The notes below the pieces were generated by a model. The model was given only the letters and a program-made list of their open reading frames with translations, was not told the DNA's origin and ran no database searches. A stretch of 64,000 bases of DNA from NCBI GenBank assembly GCA_029742005.1, contig GCA_029742005.1_4113.1. One strand, given 5' to 3'. The position numbers were made by a program, and so were the translations under genes. Positions 46,968 to 56,123 of the stretch are shown here, piece by piece; the first letter of the stretch is position 1, and each line of letters opens with the position of its first letter. Origin of the DNA: a phage.

Positions 46968-47455
46968 CTAAATCAATGAAAAATTCATTTGATAAAATCA
47001 AGAGTTGTCTTGATGGAGAAAATATTACAAGTGTTACACAAACTGCTGACCAAATTCAAAGCAGTTCAAGTGATTGCACTGTTATTTTTGGTTTACATAG
47101 TCTGCGTTTATCAATAGTAAATAATATTGACAACACTGCTATTGTAATCACACCATGCAATATTCAAAATGAGAATGGTGTATATCTTCATCACATGGGA
47201 ACAGTATTTCACATTTTCAATTCAAACGAAAACATTGTTAAGGAATACAATACTCTTAATATTGATTCAGGTGAATTATTTCAAATGAGTACTTTGTACT
47301 CATGTAATTTTACAGATACTTCATGTATTTTGCCATTTTTCTTGGAAATTATTAAGAAAATGGAAAATTTAAAACGTGAATACAATAAAGAAATGGTTCC
47401 TGAAGCTATATTAAATATTACTAATGCTATAGAGAAGTATAATGCAGTGACTTAA
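46958..47455 (+). CDS. fam2 protein
   Basis: ORF track; motif SGELFQMSTLYS. Confidence 0.6.
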   Translation: MYLTKSMKNSFDKIKSCLDGENITSVTQTADQIQSSSSDCTVIFGLHSLRLSIVNNIDNTAIVITPCNIQNENGVYLHHMGTVFHIFNSNENIVKEYNTLNIDSGELFQMSTLYSCNFTDTSCILPFFLEIIKKMENLKREYNKEMVPEAILNITNAIEKYNAVT

Positions 47456-47497
47456 TAAAAACGCACATGGAGTGCATTAGAAGATCAAGGATAGATC

Positions 47498-47971
47498 ATG
47501 GAGATTAAAACTGTTGAAAATGGGAAAATTGATGACATTTTAGAGTTGGACGCATTCAAAGTTCATGATATAATGTTTAATGTGAAGGACATTATTCAAT
47601 GTCTATTTTTGTGTAGCAAGACAATGCATGATTTTTTTCACAACCCAAATACTAACGTTTTTATACTAACAATCAGTACTGAAAACTCGTTTATCATGGG
47701 TATGCCTATGAGTACAAATGAACAATATATTGATTGTGTTATTCGTAATAACGATAGTATTACGCCACAATCTGAAGTACGTAAAAAGAAAAACACCTAC
47801 ACAATCAAAGATGATAAAATTATGATGTGCTGTAGTAAAGGGTTTATATTAGATAATTTTATCGTAAAAGACAGTTATCACGACTTTAAAGTATCTGAAA
47901 ATCAATCCAATGTAGTTCTTTATGCGAGTGACATAGAAAGTCTAACAGTTAAAGATCCCAGTTTGGAGTAA
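47498..47971 (+). CDS. hypothetical protein
   Basis: ORF track; RBS AAGGA; no family motif. Confidence 0.55.
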   Translation: MEIKTVENGKIDDILELDAFKVHDIMFNVKDIIQCLFLCSKTMHDFFHNPNTNVFILTISTENSFIMGMPMSTNEQYIDCVIRNNDSITPQSEVRKKKNTYTIKDDKIMMCCSKGFILDNFIVKDSYHDFKVSENQSNVVLYASDIESLTVKDPSLE

Positions 47972-47973
47972 GT

Positions 47974-48105
47974 ATGGCTAAGAAAGTAAACAATTTCGTA
48001 CAGAAACACATGAATGAGTTTAACAAGCCTCAGACACATGTGGATCGTAAAAAAGAAATGAAAAATGGTAAAGTAAAACACAAGTCGAGATTTATTCTCG
48101 ACTAA
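47974..48105 (+). CDS. small basic protein (43 aa)
   Basis: hand-called; RBS GGAG; Lys-rich MAKKVNNFVQKH.. Confidence 0.4.
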   Translation: MAKKVNNFVQKHMNEFNKPQTHVDRKKEMKNGKVKHKSRFILD

Positions 48106-48134
48106 TTTTTTGTATAAATTTATGAGGATTGTAT

Positions 48135-48983
48135 ATGTTAGACATTTCAGATTTTCTTAATTTTAAAAAGTATTCAGTACTTGAACATATCAACGAATTT
48201 CTGAATTCTACTACACCATTTGGTATCAGTACATCAGATGTATACGATGGATATACAATCTTCCCATACAATGACTTTCAAATTTCCGTCAAAAAAGGTT
48301 TTACAAAAGAAGTTGCAATTCGTGATGTAGTAATGTATAGCGATTCTTCTATTTCTTACTGTCATGATGTGAACAAGTTTGAATCTCTTGCAACACCTAA
48401 TTGTTCATACTACAAATCCCATGACACGATGATGTATAAAGAACAACATATCAATGGTGTTTCGTTCTATAAAACTAGCAGTGATAAATCATATACATCT
48501 AGAGATGATTTTGGAAAATACACATGTACTATGCACACGGATAATGAAAAAACAAATTACACTCATTCATTCGAGTCCAAATTCCAAGAGAGTGAAGTTT
48601 CAAATATCACTATACAAGAACAGGTTTCAGAAGGCATTGTATATCGTAGCACTGCATTCTTTCGCATGAAAGATATTGTCACAGGCAGACCAATGATGTA
48701 CAATATTGACATATACATGAAAGGTGATATATCCGAAGTAGTGATTAGTACTGGTTATCGTGAAAAATATACAGTTACAATGGAATCACCAGATGCATCA
48801 TTAGTTCACCTCTTTAACAATTTATATACATTCCAATTCGAACTTAGTTTCGATCCAAATGAATATCAAATATTTGATATATTAAAAAGTAATATTATTA
48901 ATAAGTTAGAATATTACTACAAGTTAGGTGGTAAGATGTGCATAGTTAATACTATGTTACATAACATAAAAGAAACATTATAA
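48135..48983 (+). CDS. hypothetical protein (282 aa)
   Basis: track frame 48129..48983 (TTG); start moved to ATG 48135 behind RBS GAGGA. Confidence 0.6.
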   Translation: MLDISDFLNFKKYSVLEHINEFLNSTTPFGISTSDVYDGYTIFPYNDFQISVKKGFTKEVAIRDVVMYSDSSISYCHDVNKFESLATPNCSYYKSHDTMMYKEQHINGVSFYKTSSDKSYTSRDDFGKYTCTMHTDNEKTNYTHSFESKFQESEVSNITIQEQVSEGIVYRSTAFFRMKDIVTGRPMMYNIDIYMKGDISEVVISTGYREKYTVTMESPDASLVHLFNNLYTFQFELSFDPNEYQIFDILKSNIINKLEYYYKLGGKMCIVNTMLHNIKETL

Positions 48984-48999
48984 ATCTGGAGGATTTGGT

Positions 49000-49293
49000 A
49001 TGGATACTAAATTCAAAATTATTTTTAAAACTAAGCCGTATATTCCACATACAGCAGAACGTTTTATACCACATGGTGCTGAGGAAATTATTCACCAAGA
49101 TGGTACTAAGTTATACCTTGTTCCTTGTTCTTATGAACGTGCAGTAGAAATGTTGCTAATGAATGCTAGACTATGCAAAAACAAGTACATTAGTTACCTA
49201 TACAATGAACATATTTTAGATTTCAATGATGAAAATATGTTCATTCTAGCAATTGAGGATTTTGATAACTGGTACAATATTATTAAAATCTAA
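49000..49293 (+). CDS. hypothetical protein
   Basis: ORF track; RBS GGAGGA. Confidence 0.6.
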   Translation: MDTKFKIIFKTKPYIPHTAERFIPHGAEEIIHQDGTKLYLVPCSYERAVEMLLMNARLCKNKYISYLYNEHILDFNDENMFILAIEDFDNWYNIIKI

Positions 49294-49301
49294 TGAAAAT
49301 A

Positions 49302-49348
49302 ATGTGAACATATTAGATTCTTGTGATATAATGTTCACATCTTTTTTT
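49302..49348 (+). terminator. terminator-like 10-bp perfect inverted repeat overlapping a TGATATAAT box
   Basis: ATGTGAACAT 49302-49311 and ATGTTCACAT 49331-49340 flank TTGTGATATAAT; followed by CTTTTTTT. Confidence 0.5.
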
Positions 49349-49364
49349 GATAACGGAGATATAG

Positions 49365-49751
49365 ATGAATACAAGTTCAGTCCTAAAAGCAATTGGTGGT
49401 GTTTTACTCATTGAAGTAAAAGGTGAGCCAAAGCTATGCTGTTTAGAAGATATGAAGAATACAAAACACTTCAGTACTGGTCAGATTTTCAATGCCATTC
49501 GTATTCTAAATGACAAATCCATTGCTGATTATGGAAAAGTTTGGCCTGTATATCAAAATGCTGATGGTGATATCAGTACTGATTGGAAAACAATTGAGGC
49601 GGTACGACAAAGTTGTGAGAGTGATTGGGACTTCATTGTTGAAGTTTGTGATCAACTACAAGAAGATGTTCCAGAAATTGTTGAACGAAAAGAAGTTCTA
49701 GCACGACTTGAAAAATTCCGTCACGGAACACTACAGTATGACACAATCTAA
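49365..49751 (+). CDS. hypothetical protein
   Basis: ORF track; RBS GGAGA. Confidence 0.6.
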   Translation: MNTSSVLKAIGGVLLIEVKGEPKLCCLEDMKNTKHFSTGQIFNAIRILNDKSIADYGKVWPVYQNADGDISTDWKTIEAVRQSCESDWDFIVEVCDQLQEDVPEIVERKEVLARLEKFRHGTLQYDTI

Positions 49752-49800
49752 TCTGCTTATTAAAAATATCTAATTAACATTATATAAAAGGAATTTAAAA

Positions 49801-50106
49801 ATGGAAGACAATGGAATGAAATTTGATATGTTTGAAGGTGTACCAGAGTTCGATTTCAACAAACTTGAAGAAGGTGAGGAATCAGAACTAGTTAGTGTTA
49901 CACTTAAAGCAGATTCTAAAAAGAAATATTCATCATCAGTACGTTCACGTTCACAAGAAGAATACGAATCATTTATTGAAAGTATTCATTATGAAACATT
50001 CCATCACGCAGATGGAACTCCATATGAAGTACGTGTAACAGTACTGAAGCCTGAAGTAAATCCAATGGAAAATCTACGTCCTGTTTACTGCTGGGCAAGT
50101 CACTAA
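49801..50106 (+). CDS. hypothetical protein (acidic)
   Basis: ORF track; RBS AAGGAA. Confidence 0.6.
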   Translation: MEDNGMKFDMFEGVPEFDFNKLEEGEESELVSVTLKADSKKKYSSSVRSRSQEEYESFIESIHYETFHHADGTPYEVRVTVLKPEVNPMENLRPVYCWASH

Positions 50107-50114
50107 TAAACCAA

Positions 50115-50147
50115 AGGACGGGATTTGTTATCTCGTCCTTTTTTTGT
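50115..50147 (+). terminator. rho-independent terminator
   Basis: AGGACG..CGTCCT hairpin then T7. Confidence 0.7.
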
Positions 50148-50157
50148 CTGGAGATGT

Positions 50158-51012
50158 ATGAAACTTTATCTAATCGTTGACTACAATAAGGATTATGCTG
50201 GTAACTTCACCGAAGATTCGGATGGATATTGCACATCGACTAATGTCAATGTACGTAGCAGTAGTGCTCATGAACATGAATCTTGTAAAAATCTAAAAGA
50301 TTTTATCGCATACCGAGCATTTGAAAAGAACTTCTGCCGCAGTAGATATTCGAAGTTTGAGTACCCGTTAATTGATGTTCCTGATGATTTAATGTTCCAG
50401 TTAATGCTGACTGGAGTTCAAGATTATGATTACATAGCGTATAATCATATTACTAAGAAAATTTATATTGGTACATCATCACATGACACTTCTATGTATG
50501 CATCATGCCCAGATGATCGAATGAATGATAGAAAATCATACTATAGTGGGTCAGTTGGTTTAAATGATTCATTAAATAAAAATTCATTCTTTGAGTATGT
50601 TTATGATTACCATCATGAGAAAAAAGAACGTGAAGATTACTGTATAGCAATTGATAGTACTAATGGTTATGAAGACGTGAAAGAAGCACTTATGCCGTAC
50701 ATTATTGAAAAGTACTACAAAGATTTTCAGTACTGTAGTAATTTTCTAATCAGAAATTCTATTATAATCGGTCGCCAATCTAGTGCATACTCTCAGTACT
50801 ATAATGATTCACCAGTAGCATCGGCAAATGAAATGTGTGATATTTTACAAATTCCACGTGAAGATATGGCATTCATTTTTACATCTTTTATTGAAGATGA
50901 TGAGTTGTATATTAAAAATAAACACCGTTTCATGCCAAGCAAGATTGAGGTTATTCGAAGTTTTAGTGTTGATATACTAACAAATTTCACAGAAAAAACC
51001 GAATATAACTGA
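50158..51012 (+). CDS. hypothetical protein (284 aa, fam2-like motif)
   Basis: track ORF 50125..51012 starts in the terminator; start moved to ATG 50158 behind RBS GGAG; motif DDLMFQLMLTG. Confidence 0.6.
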   Translation: MKLYLIVDYNKDYAGNFTEDSDGYCTSTNVNVRSSSAHEHESCKNLKDFIAYRAFEKNFCRSRYSKFEYPLIDVPDDLMFQLMLTGVQDYDYIAYNHITKKIYIGTSSHDTSMYASCPDDRMNDRKSYYSGSVGLNDSLNKNSFFEYVYDYHHEKKEREDYCIAIDSTNGYEDVKEALMPYIIEKYYKDFQYCSNFLIRNSIIIGRQSSAYSQYYNDSPVASANEMCDILQIPREDMAFIFTSFIEDDELYIKNKHRFMPSKIEVIRSFSVDILTNFTEKTEYN

Positions 51013-51042
51013 GACAAATGATAAGTTAATGATATAATATAA

Positions 51043-51075
51043 GGTGACAACATAATATGTTAGTCACCTTTTTTA
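51043..51075 (+). terminator. rho-independent terminator
   Basis: GGTGAC..GTCACC hairpin then T6. Confidence 0.7.
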
Positions 51076-51690
51076 ATCCTGAAAGGTTCCCATAAGGAAA
51101 TGATTAAAAGCCTAATCCACTCGAAAATGTAGAGGGTAGATGAGTAGTCCTTTCAGTACGAACAGCAGATGAAACCCGTTAGATGATGGCATAGTTTGAA
51201 CCACTCACGGCAATGCGGCTGTATAAAGAACTCCAATAGGATAAAGAGAGTTCCTCGATAGACATATAAGGATCGCACCTTACCAATTATCTAAGGGAGA
51301 TTTCATAAGAAATATGCGGTCGGAATTATACAATATAGTTGCGTCCAAATTTTGTGAAATCAAATACAAGTACTGGTCATATGGTATTTGTATTATGTGT
51401 CGGGATGTTTAAGACCGACGACCGTTGCTACAAGAACCGCGATAGAGAGAAACAGAGCAACCCGCTTTCGTCTCGTAAGAGAATTCGTGATATGAACTAT
51501 GTGAAGGCCACCAGCGTCAAACTTTTTTTGTTCTTTCCCCTGCGGGGGGATGAAATATGCTCAAGCAAACCCCGTCAATATTAATTAAAAGAAAATAGTA
51601 CTTGTAGAATTAGACATGCGTAGCATGGTAATTCTACTGATGTTGATGCAATCAACGTCACGTATATTCATTGATGTTTCCATAGGAATA

Positions 51691-52236
51691 ATGATGGCAT
51701 TTATTAGAAAAGAAAAAACTGTTACTTATAAAACTTTGAATTTTGATGATTGCATTAATCAATCACAAGACGAAGATATCTTTACTGGATATGTGGTTAT
51801 TAAAGAAAAAGGATGCATTTCTTATATAAAGGAATTACAAAATGGAATTGAAGTGACTTCAGTTAAATTACTTCCTACTCAAAAACCAACAATATCAAAA
51901 GCCCAGTATGGTAATTATTTTGAAGAAAGATATAGTAATAATTCAATAAGTGTTAAGGCTCATATTATTAAAGGAGAACTAGAAGGAGAATATAGAAAAT
52001 ACAACCCACAAGGAAAATGTGTTTGGGTTAAATACTTCAATTCAGGATATGATGTAACATCTGAAATTATAGAATTCTTGGGTTTAAAATGTACCCCTGA
52101 GACTATTCATGATTACAAGTTCAATACTGAAGAAGAGTTTAATCTGATGATGCGTTACGGTTCACATTTTAAATTTTTATATGAATATAACATTGACAGT
52201 AGTACTTTTGATAAGATAGTACACAACTGTCTCTAA
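51691..52236 (+). CDS. hypothetical protein
   Basis: track frame 51616..52236; start moved to ATG 51691 behind RBS AGGAA. Confidence 0.55.
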   Translation: MMAFIRKEKTVTYKTLNFDDCINQSQDEDIFTGYVVIKEKGCISYIKELQNGIEVTSVKLLPTQKPTISKAQYGNYFEERYSNNSISVKAHIIKGELEGEYRKYNPQGKCVWVKYFNSGYDVTSEIIEFLGLKCTPETIHDYKFNTEEEFNLMMRYGSHFKFLYEYNIDSSTFDKIVHNCL

Positions 52237-52252
52237 CAAAAGGAATTATATA

Positions 52253-52774
52253 ATGTCGAAGAAGGATGCTTCGAAAAAACATTCAGTACATTTCAGTACT
52301 GGAAAAGATAACTGGACAACTCCCAAAGATTTCTTTGAAGATTTGGATGAGTTATGGGGATTTACACTTGATGCTGCTTGTGTAGATGAGACTGCATTGT
52401 GTGATAATTTTTTCACTCCAGAAGATGATTCACTATCACAGGATTGGGGAAATAATATAGTTTGGTTGAATCCACCATACAGTGACTTGAAAACTTGGTT
52501 ATCTAAAGCAGTAGATGCATATAATAACGGGGCAACTGTAGTTATTCTTGTACCCTCAAGAACCGACACAATTGCTTTTCAGGATTATGCTGCTAAAATA
52601 TGTGATTGTATTTGTTTTATTAAGGGAAGATTACGATTTGGTATACCAGAAGAACCCGATAAGAAAACAGATTCAGCACCATTTCCTTCGTGTCTGATAG
52701 TACTGGATAAGTACTTAACCACTGCTAAAATCAATTATCTTAAATCTCTTGGGTTGGTGATGAAGAATTTATGA
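52253..52774 (+). CDS. dam: DNA N6-adenine methyltransferase (small phage Dam family)
   Basis: ORF track; RBS AAAGGAA; NPPY catalytic motif (LNPPYSD) in a ~170-aa protein. Confidence 0.75.
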   Translation: MSKKDASKKHSVHFSTGKDNWTTPKDFFEDLDELWGFTLDAACVDETALCDNFFTPEDDSLSQDWGNNIVWLNPPYSDLKTWLSKAVDAYNNGATVVILVPSRTDTIAFQDYAAKICDCICFIKGRLRFGIPEEPDKKTDSAPFPSCLIVLDKYLTTAKINYLKSLGLVMKNL

Positions 52775-53304
52775 AAGAAACATGTGTATTAACGTTTGGT
52801 CGTATTAATCCTGTACATCGTGGACATGGTTTAGTTTTTGAAAAGGCCAAAACATTACAAGAACAGTACAATGCTGATTTAAAAATATATCTAAGCACCA
52901 GTACTGACAATATAAAAAACCCACTCCCACCTGAACTAAAAATGTATTATACAGAGGGATTCTATCCTTCAGTGCAAGAGAACATCTACACAGAAGACAA
53001 TCTGTTTGATATAATGAGAGAACTGGATGGAAAGTACTTAGATGTTCTTTTCATATGTGGTTCTGACCGTATTGAATCTTTTCAAAAAACTCTTGACATG
53101 TACAATGGTAAGTTGTATAATTTTTGTAGTATAAAAGCAATTCAAGCAGGTATTGACCGTAATGTAAGTCAATATAGCTCAACACAAATGCGTAACTTCG
53201 CAAAAAATGAAGATTTTGATAGTTTTCGTGAGTTTTTACCTGGAAATGACGAGGACTTAAAAATACAATTATTTGAAGACGTTATAAAATACATGAGGAA
53301 ATAA
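52771..53304 (+). CDS. nucleotidyltransferase, HxGH superfamily (cytidylyl/adenylyltransferase-like)
   Basis: ORF track; ATGA overlap with dam; N-terminal LTFGRINPVHRGHG matches the (T/H)xGH signature. Confidence 0.55.
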   Translation: MKETCVLTFGRINPVHRGHGLVFEKAKTLQEQYNADLKIYLSTSTDNIKNPLPPELKMYYTEGFYPSVQENIYTEDNLFDIMRELDGKYLDVLFICGSDRIESFQKTLDMYNGKLYNFCSIKAIQAGIDRNVSQYSSTQMRNFAKNEDFDSFREFLPGNDEDLKIQLFEDVIKYMRK

Positions 53305-53306
53305 TT

Positions 53307-53600
53307 ATGTCAGTACTGTTCAAAACCAATCCAGTACTTTGGGATCAAAATGAGCAATCAGGATTTCGTTCCATCCATGTTGAATACAAAGGTAATACTG
53401 TAGTTGCAATTATTGCTAACAAAACTCTAGGAAACTGGACTGCACAGGTTGTTCCTATGGGATATTCTTACACATCTGATGAGGTTCAATTCCTGGCTGA
53501 ACTATATCGTCAAGTGCCGTTTATCATTAATGTACTAGAAGGTAATGATACATTATCACATGAAGATGTGATTAATTTTCTTGGAAACTTACATGTGTGA
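53307..53600 (+). CDS. hypothetical protein
   Basis: ORF track. Confidence 0.55.
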   Translation: MSVLFKTNPVLWDQNEQSGFRSIHVEYKGNTVVAIIANKTLGNWTAQVVPMGYSYTSDEVQFLAELYRQVPFIINVLEGNDTLSHEDVINFLGNLHV

Positions 53601-53880
53601 TGAAATAAATCTTACAGGATATTTTTTACAAGAATCAATGATTAAATTTAGTGATAAATTTTCAGTACTGGATGGTATCGAAATGTGGCATGTCAAACCA
53701 CTGTTCCACACTTTCAGTAAAGAGCACAAAATGTTATTGACTGAAGCCAGTAAATCAAATAACATATGTGAAATCAAAATTGGTGTAAATGTCTATAAAG
53801 GGATGGTTATCTTTTTTGACAATAACAGCAACTACTTTTATATTGTTAAGGAGCATTACGTTGACAAATACAAATACTAA
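53581..53880 (+). CDS. hypothetical protein
   Basis: ORF track. Confidence 0.5.
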   Translation: METYMCDEINLTGYFLQESMIKFSDKFSVLDGIEMWHVKPLFHTFSKEHKMLLTEASKSNNICEIKIGVNVYKGMVIFFDNNSNYFYIVKEHYVDKYKY

Positions 53881-54475
53881 TACATATTTCCGTTATCTTC
53901 GCTTAGGTCTTTCCCTACGTCCGATCCGTGGAAAGTGCGATTCACTCGCTGACCTTGACTATGCATATGCATTACATCATGAAGGTGTACAGTATGTATT
54001 GGGTGATTATGGTGAATTTGAAGAAACAAATGACAGTACTGGAATTAATGCTGGTGTAGAAAATCTTAACAACATTGCTAACAGTTCTCGCCATGACATT
54101 GTGTTACAGATTCAAAACTTTATTGAGCAGCACACAGGTAAACGTGTTTGGTGCTATGTCGGTACGGATGCACAAATGTCAATTTCATTCGGTAACGATG
54201 AAGGATATGTTGCACAGCTTATTATGGATTTTGAATCTGAAGAGAAGTTTTTAGAATTCAAAGAAAAGATTATTCAGTCACTTGTTGATATGGGTATCCC
54301 CGAAGATAAAATGCCAGAAGTCCAAAACATTGATGAATTTGTTTTGATTCCATCTGATGAGAAATATGATGCAATGTTTACTGCTCTTAATATTCCAGGA
54401 GTTATTGTGGAGTACTTTGATGATGGTGATGATAGTATCTATATCGATCTAGATGACGATGACGACGATGAATAA
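53861..54475 (+). CDS. hypothetical protein with poly-acidic C-terminus (TTG start inferred)
   Basis: track frame 53789..54475 overlaps upstream gene; RBS AAGGAG precedes TTG 53861; ends DLDDDDDDE. Confidence 0.45.
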   Translation: MTNTNTNTYFRYLRLGLSLRPIRGKCDSLADLDYAYALHHEGVQYVLGDYGEFEETNDSTGINAGVENLNNIANSSRHDIVLQIQNFIEQHTGKRVWCYVGTDAQMSISFGNDEGYVAQLIMDFESEEKFLEFKEKIIQSLVDMGIPEDKMPEVQNIDEFVLIPSDEKYDAMFTALNIPGVIVEYFDDGDDSIYIDLDDDDDDE

Positions 54476-54481
54476 TGTACA

Positions 54482-54510
54482 TAGCCCGACATAAGTTCGG
54501 GCTATTTTTG
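54482..54510 (+). terminator. rho-independent terminator
   Basis: TAGCCCGA..TCGGGCTA hairpin then T5. Confidence 0.7.
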
Positions 54511-54521
54511 TAAGGGGATAT

Positions 54522-54797
54522 ATGAATTATAAAGTTCTACAATATACATACAGTGTTTTGTTTGATTTACATCACAATGGAAGATATCTCAATACAATAC
54601 GAGAAAACACATTCACTCATACTATCTGGATTAATCACTTAATAATGATACGTGAATATTTTGTTAATAGTGAGATAATCATTCGTGGTAAAAAACAGAA
54701 GATAGAACAAGTTAATAGTTTTGGTGGTAAATTAGTACTATCATTTATAGATAGTAATACTAATGAAAGATATAGTATAGATTTGGTGGACATATGA
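54522..54797 (+). CDS. fam3 small protein
   Basis: ORF track; N-terminal LQYTYSVLFDL signature. Confidence 0.55.
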   Translation: MNYKVLQYTYSVLFDLHHNGRYLNTIRENTFTHTIWINHLIMIREYFVNSEIIIRGKKQKIEQVNSFGGKLVLSFIDSNTNERYSIDLVDI

Positions 54798-55059
54798 ATT
54801 ATAAAGATTTCCTACTAACATACAAGATTATTCGAGATTTAGCACACGACAATGATAGCCCTAGTCTAGAAGACACATGCACTGAAATGATTCATACGAT
54901 TCGTGGTAAGATTAAAAAAAATTCAGTACTGTTATTATTGGTGATGACCATGCAGAATTTTCTGATATAATCATTAGACGTGATGGTAAAGTTGAGGTTC
55001 AGTACTACACTGATTTTGGATTTACCAGTATTCCGTTGGAGATATTCCCTTGGGATTAA
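54794..55059 (+). pseudogene. fam3 copy disrupted by a frameshift at an A8 run
   Basis: ATG 54794 opens a fam3-like frame that stops after about 58 codons; the rest continues in another frame across an A8 homopolymer near 54919. Confidence 0.4.
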
Positions 55060-55361
55060 ATTTAAATGATATACAATTCACTTATAAGATCCTATATGAT
55101 TTGTATGATTTATACCTTGTTAGTAACAAAATAGGTTCACATAACTCATCCAAAGAACAACCATTTATTGATTTATATATTGAGTACTTAGATTCAGTAG
55201 GTGAATATATAAAAAAGAATTACAGTACTTTTAACGATGGAAATGATATATTCGAGTTCTCTGGAGTTAAATCATACAATGGGATTATCCATGTTGAATT
55301 TCTTGAAATAACCGATAGGGGATTTATCGAGATTAAAGTTGTGAAGTTGGTGAATTTATAA
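55050..55361 (+). CDS. fam3 small protein (TTG start per track)
   Basis: ORF track with non-ATG start; signature LNDIQFTYKILYDLYDLY. Confidence 0.5.
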   Translation: MGLNLNDIQFTYKILYDLYDLYLVSNKIGSHNSSKEQPFIDLYIEYLDSVGEYIKKNYSTFNDGNDIFEFSGVKSYNGIIHVEFLEITDRGFIEIKVVKLVNL

Positions 55362-55371
55362 GAGGTTACAT

Positions 55372-55683
55372 ATGTTATTAAATGATATACAATTCACATA
55401 CAAATTTTTGTATATCCAATACGCTACGGTTGATGCTGGAGAATATCTCTACGGTGAAATCTATCGTTCGGTATGGATAAAGTTTTTGGATGAATTACAT
55501 GAATATTACCATGATTTGTGTATAGTTCGTGATAATAAAATATACAAATTCCTCGATATTGTTAGTCATAGCGGTAAGCTACGATTGGAATTAAGTACTG
55601 ATAGTGATGTTGATTGGATTGGTGTAAATTTACTGGAGTTGGAGAATGAAAAACAACTTAAAGGAAATACAAGTATTTTATAA
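55372..55683 (+). CDS. fam3 small protein
   Basis: ORF track; RBS AGAGG; signature LNDIQFTYKFLYIQY. Confidence 0.6.
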   Translation: MLLNDIQFTYKFLYIQYATVDAGEYLYGEIYRSVWIKFLDELHEYYHDLCIVRDNKIYKFLDIVSHSGKLRLELSTDSDVDWIGVNLLELENEKQLKGNTSIL

Positions 55684-55930
55684 ATTCTTATACTTGTCAT
55701 ATGTAAAAGATGAGTACTATGAAAGTGTGTATTATTTTTTATGGCAACATTACCGTACTATAGTAAGAGATTTATATATAGGAAAATCTATCATATCCAA
55801 TGGTGAAAAATGTATATGTACTGATGTTGTTAGTTTTAATGGTTCGTTAACACTGTGTTTCAGATGCGATAATAATAGTGGGTCATTTTCATTAAACGTA
55901 TATCAGTTAGAAGGAATAAATTTTGAATAA
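55646..55930 (+). CDS. fam3 small protein
   Basis: ORF track; signature EIQVFYKFLYLSY. Confidence 0.55.
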   Translation: MKNNLKEIQVFYKFLYLSYVKDEYYESVYYFLWQHYRTIVRDLYIGKSIISNGEKCICTDVVSFNGSLTLCFRCDNNSGSFSLNVYQLEGINFE

Positions 55931-56123
55931 ATGTCCATATTGTAACAGTACTCAATTAGCTCGTTTCCGTTTAGATTCAGACTGGGCGACTGGTGCTGGT
56001 GATTTCTTCCCTATTAATGATGATGCGGAATACACCGAAGAACAGCACAAAGATTTTGATAAATCATGGCGACCTGACATTGAGTGCATTTATTGCCTTA
56101 ATTGTGAGCGTGTTCATGACTAA
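55923..56123 (+). CDS. small zinc-ribbon protein
   Basis: ORF track; CPYC..CIYCLNC (two CxxC pairs). Confidence 0.55.
   Translation: MNKCPYCNSTQLARFRLDSDWATGAGDFFPINDDAEYTEEQHKDFDKSWRPDIECIYCLNCERVHD

Noticed and set aside
13562-50000. CRISPR array or non-coding tandem repeat as an explanation for the periodic structure
   Set aside because: The repeating units are 200-600 bp, maintain open reading frames with RBS-like sequences and overlapping stop/start codons, and are conserved at the protein-motif level rather than as exact DNA repeats with spacers.
51339-51584. 81-aa ORF in the non-coding island
   Set aside because: No RBS, an odd Cys/Arg-rich translation, and it sits in a GC-shifted segment that looks structural or decayed; reported as a finding rather than a gene.
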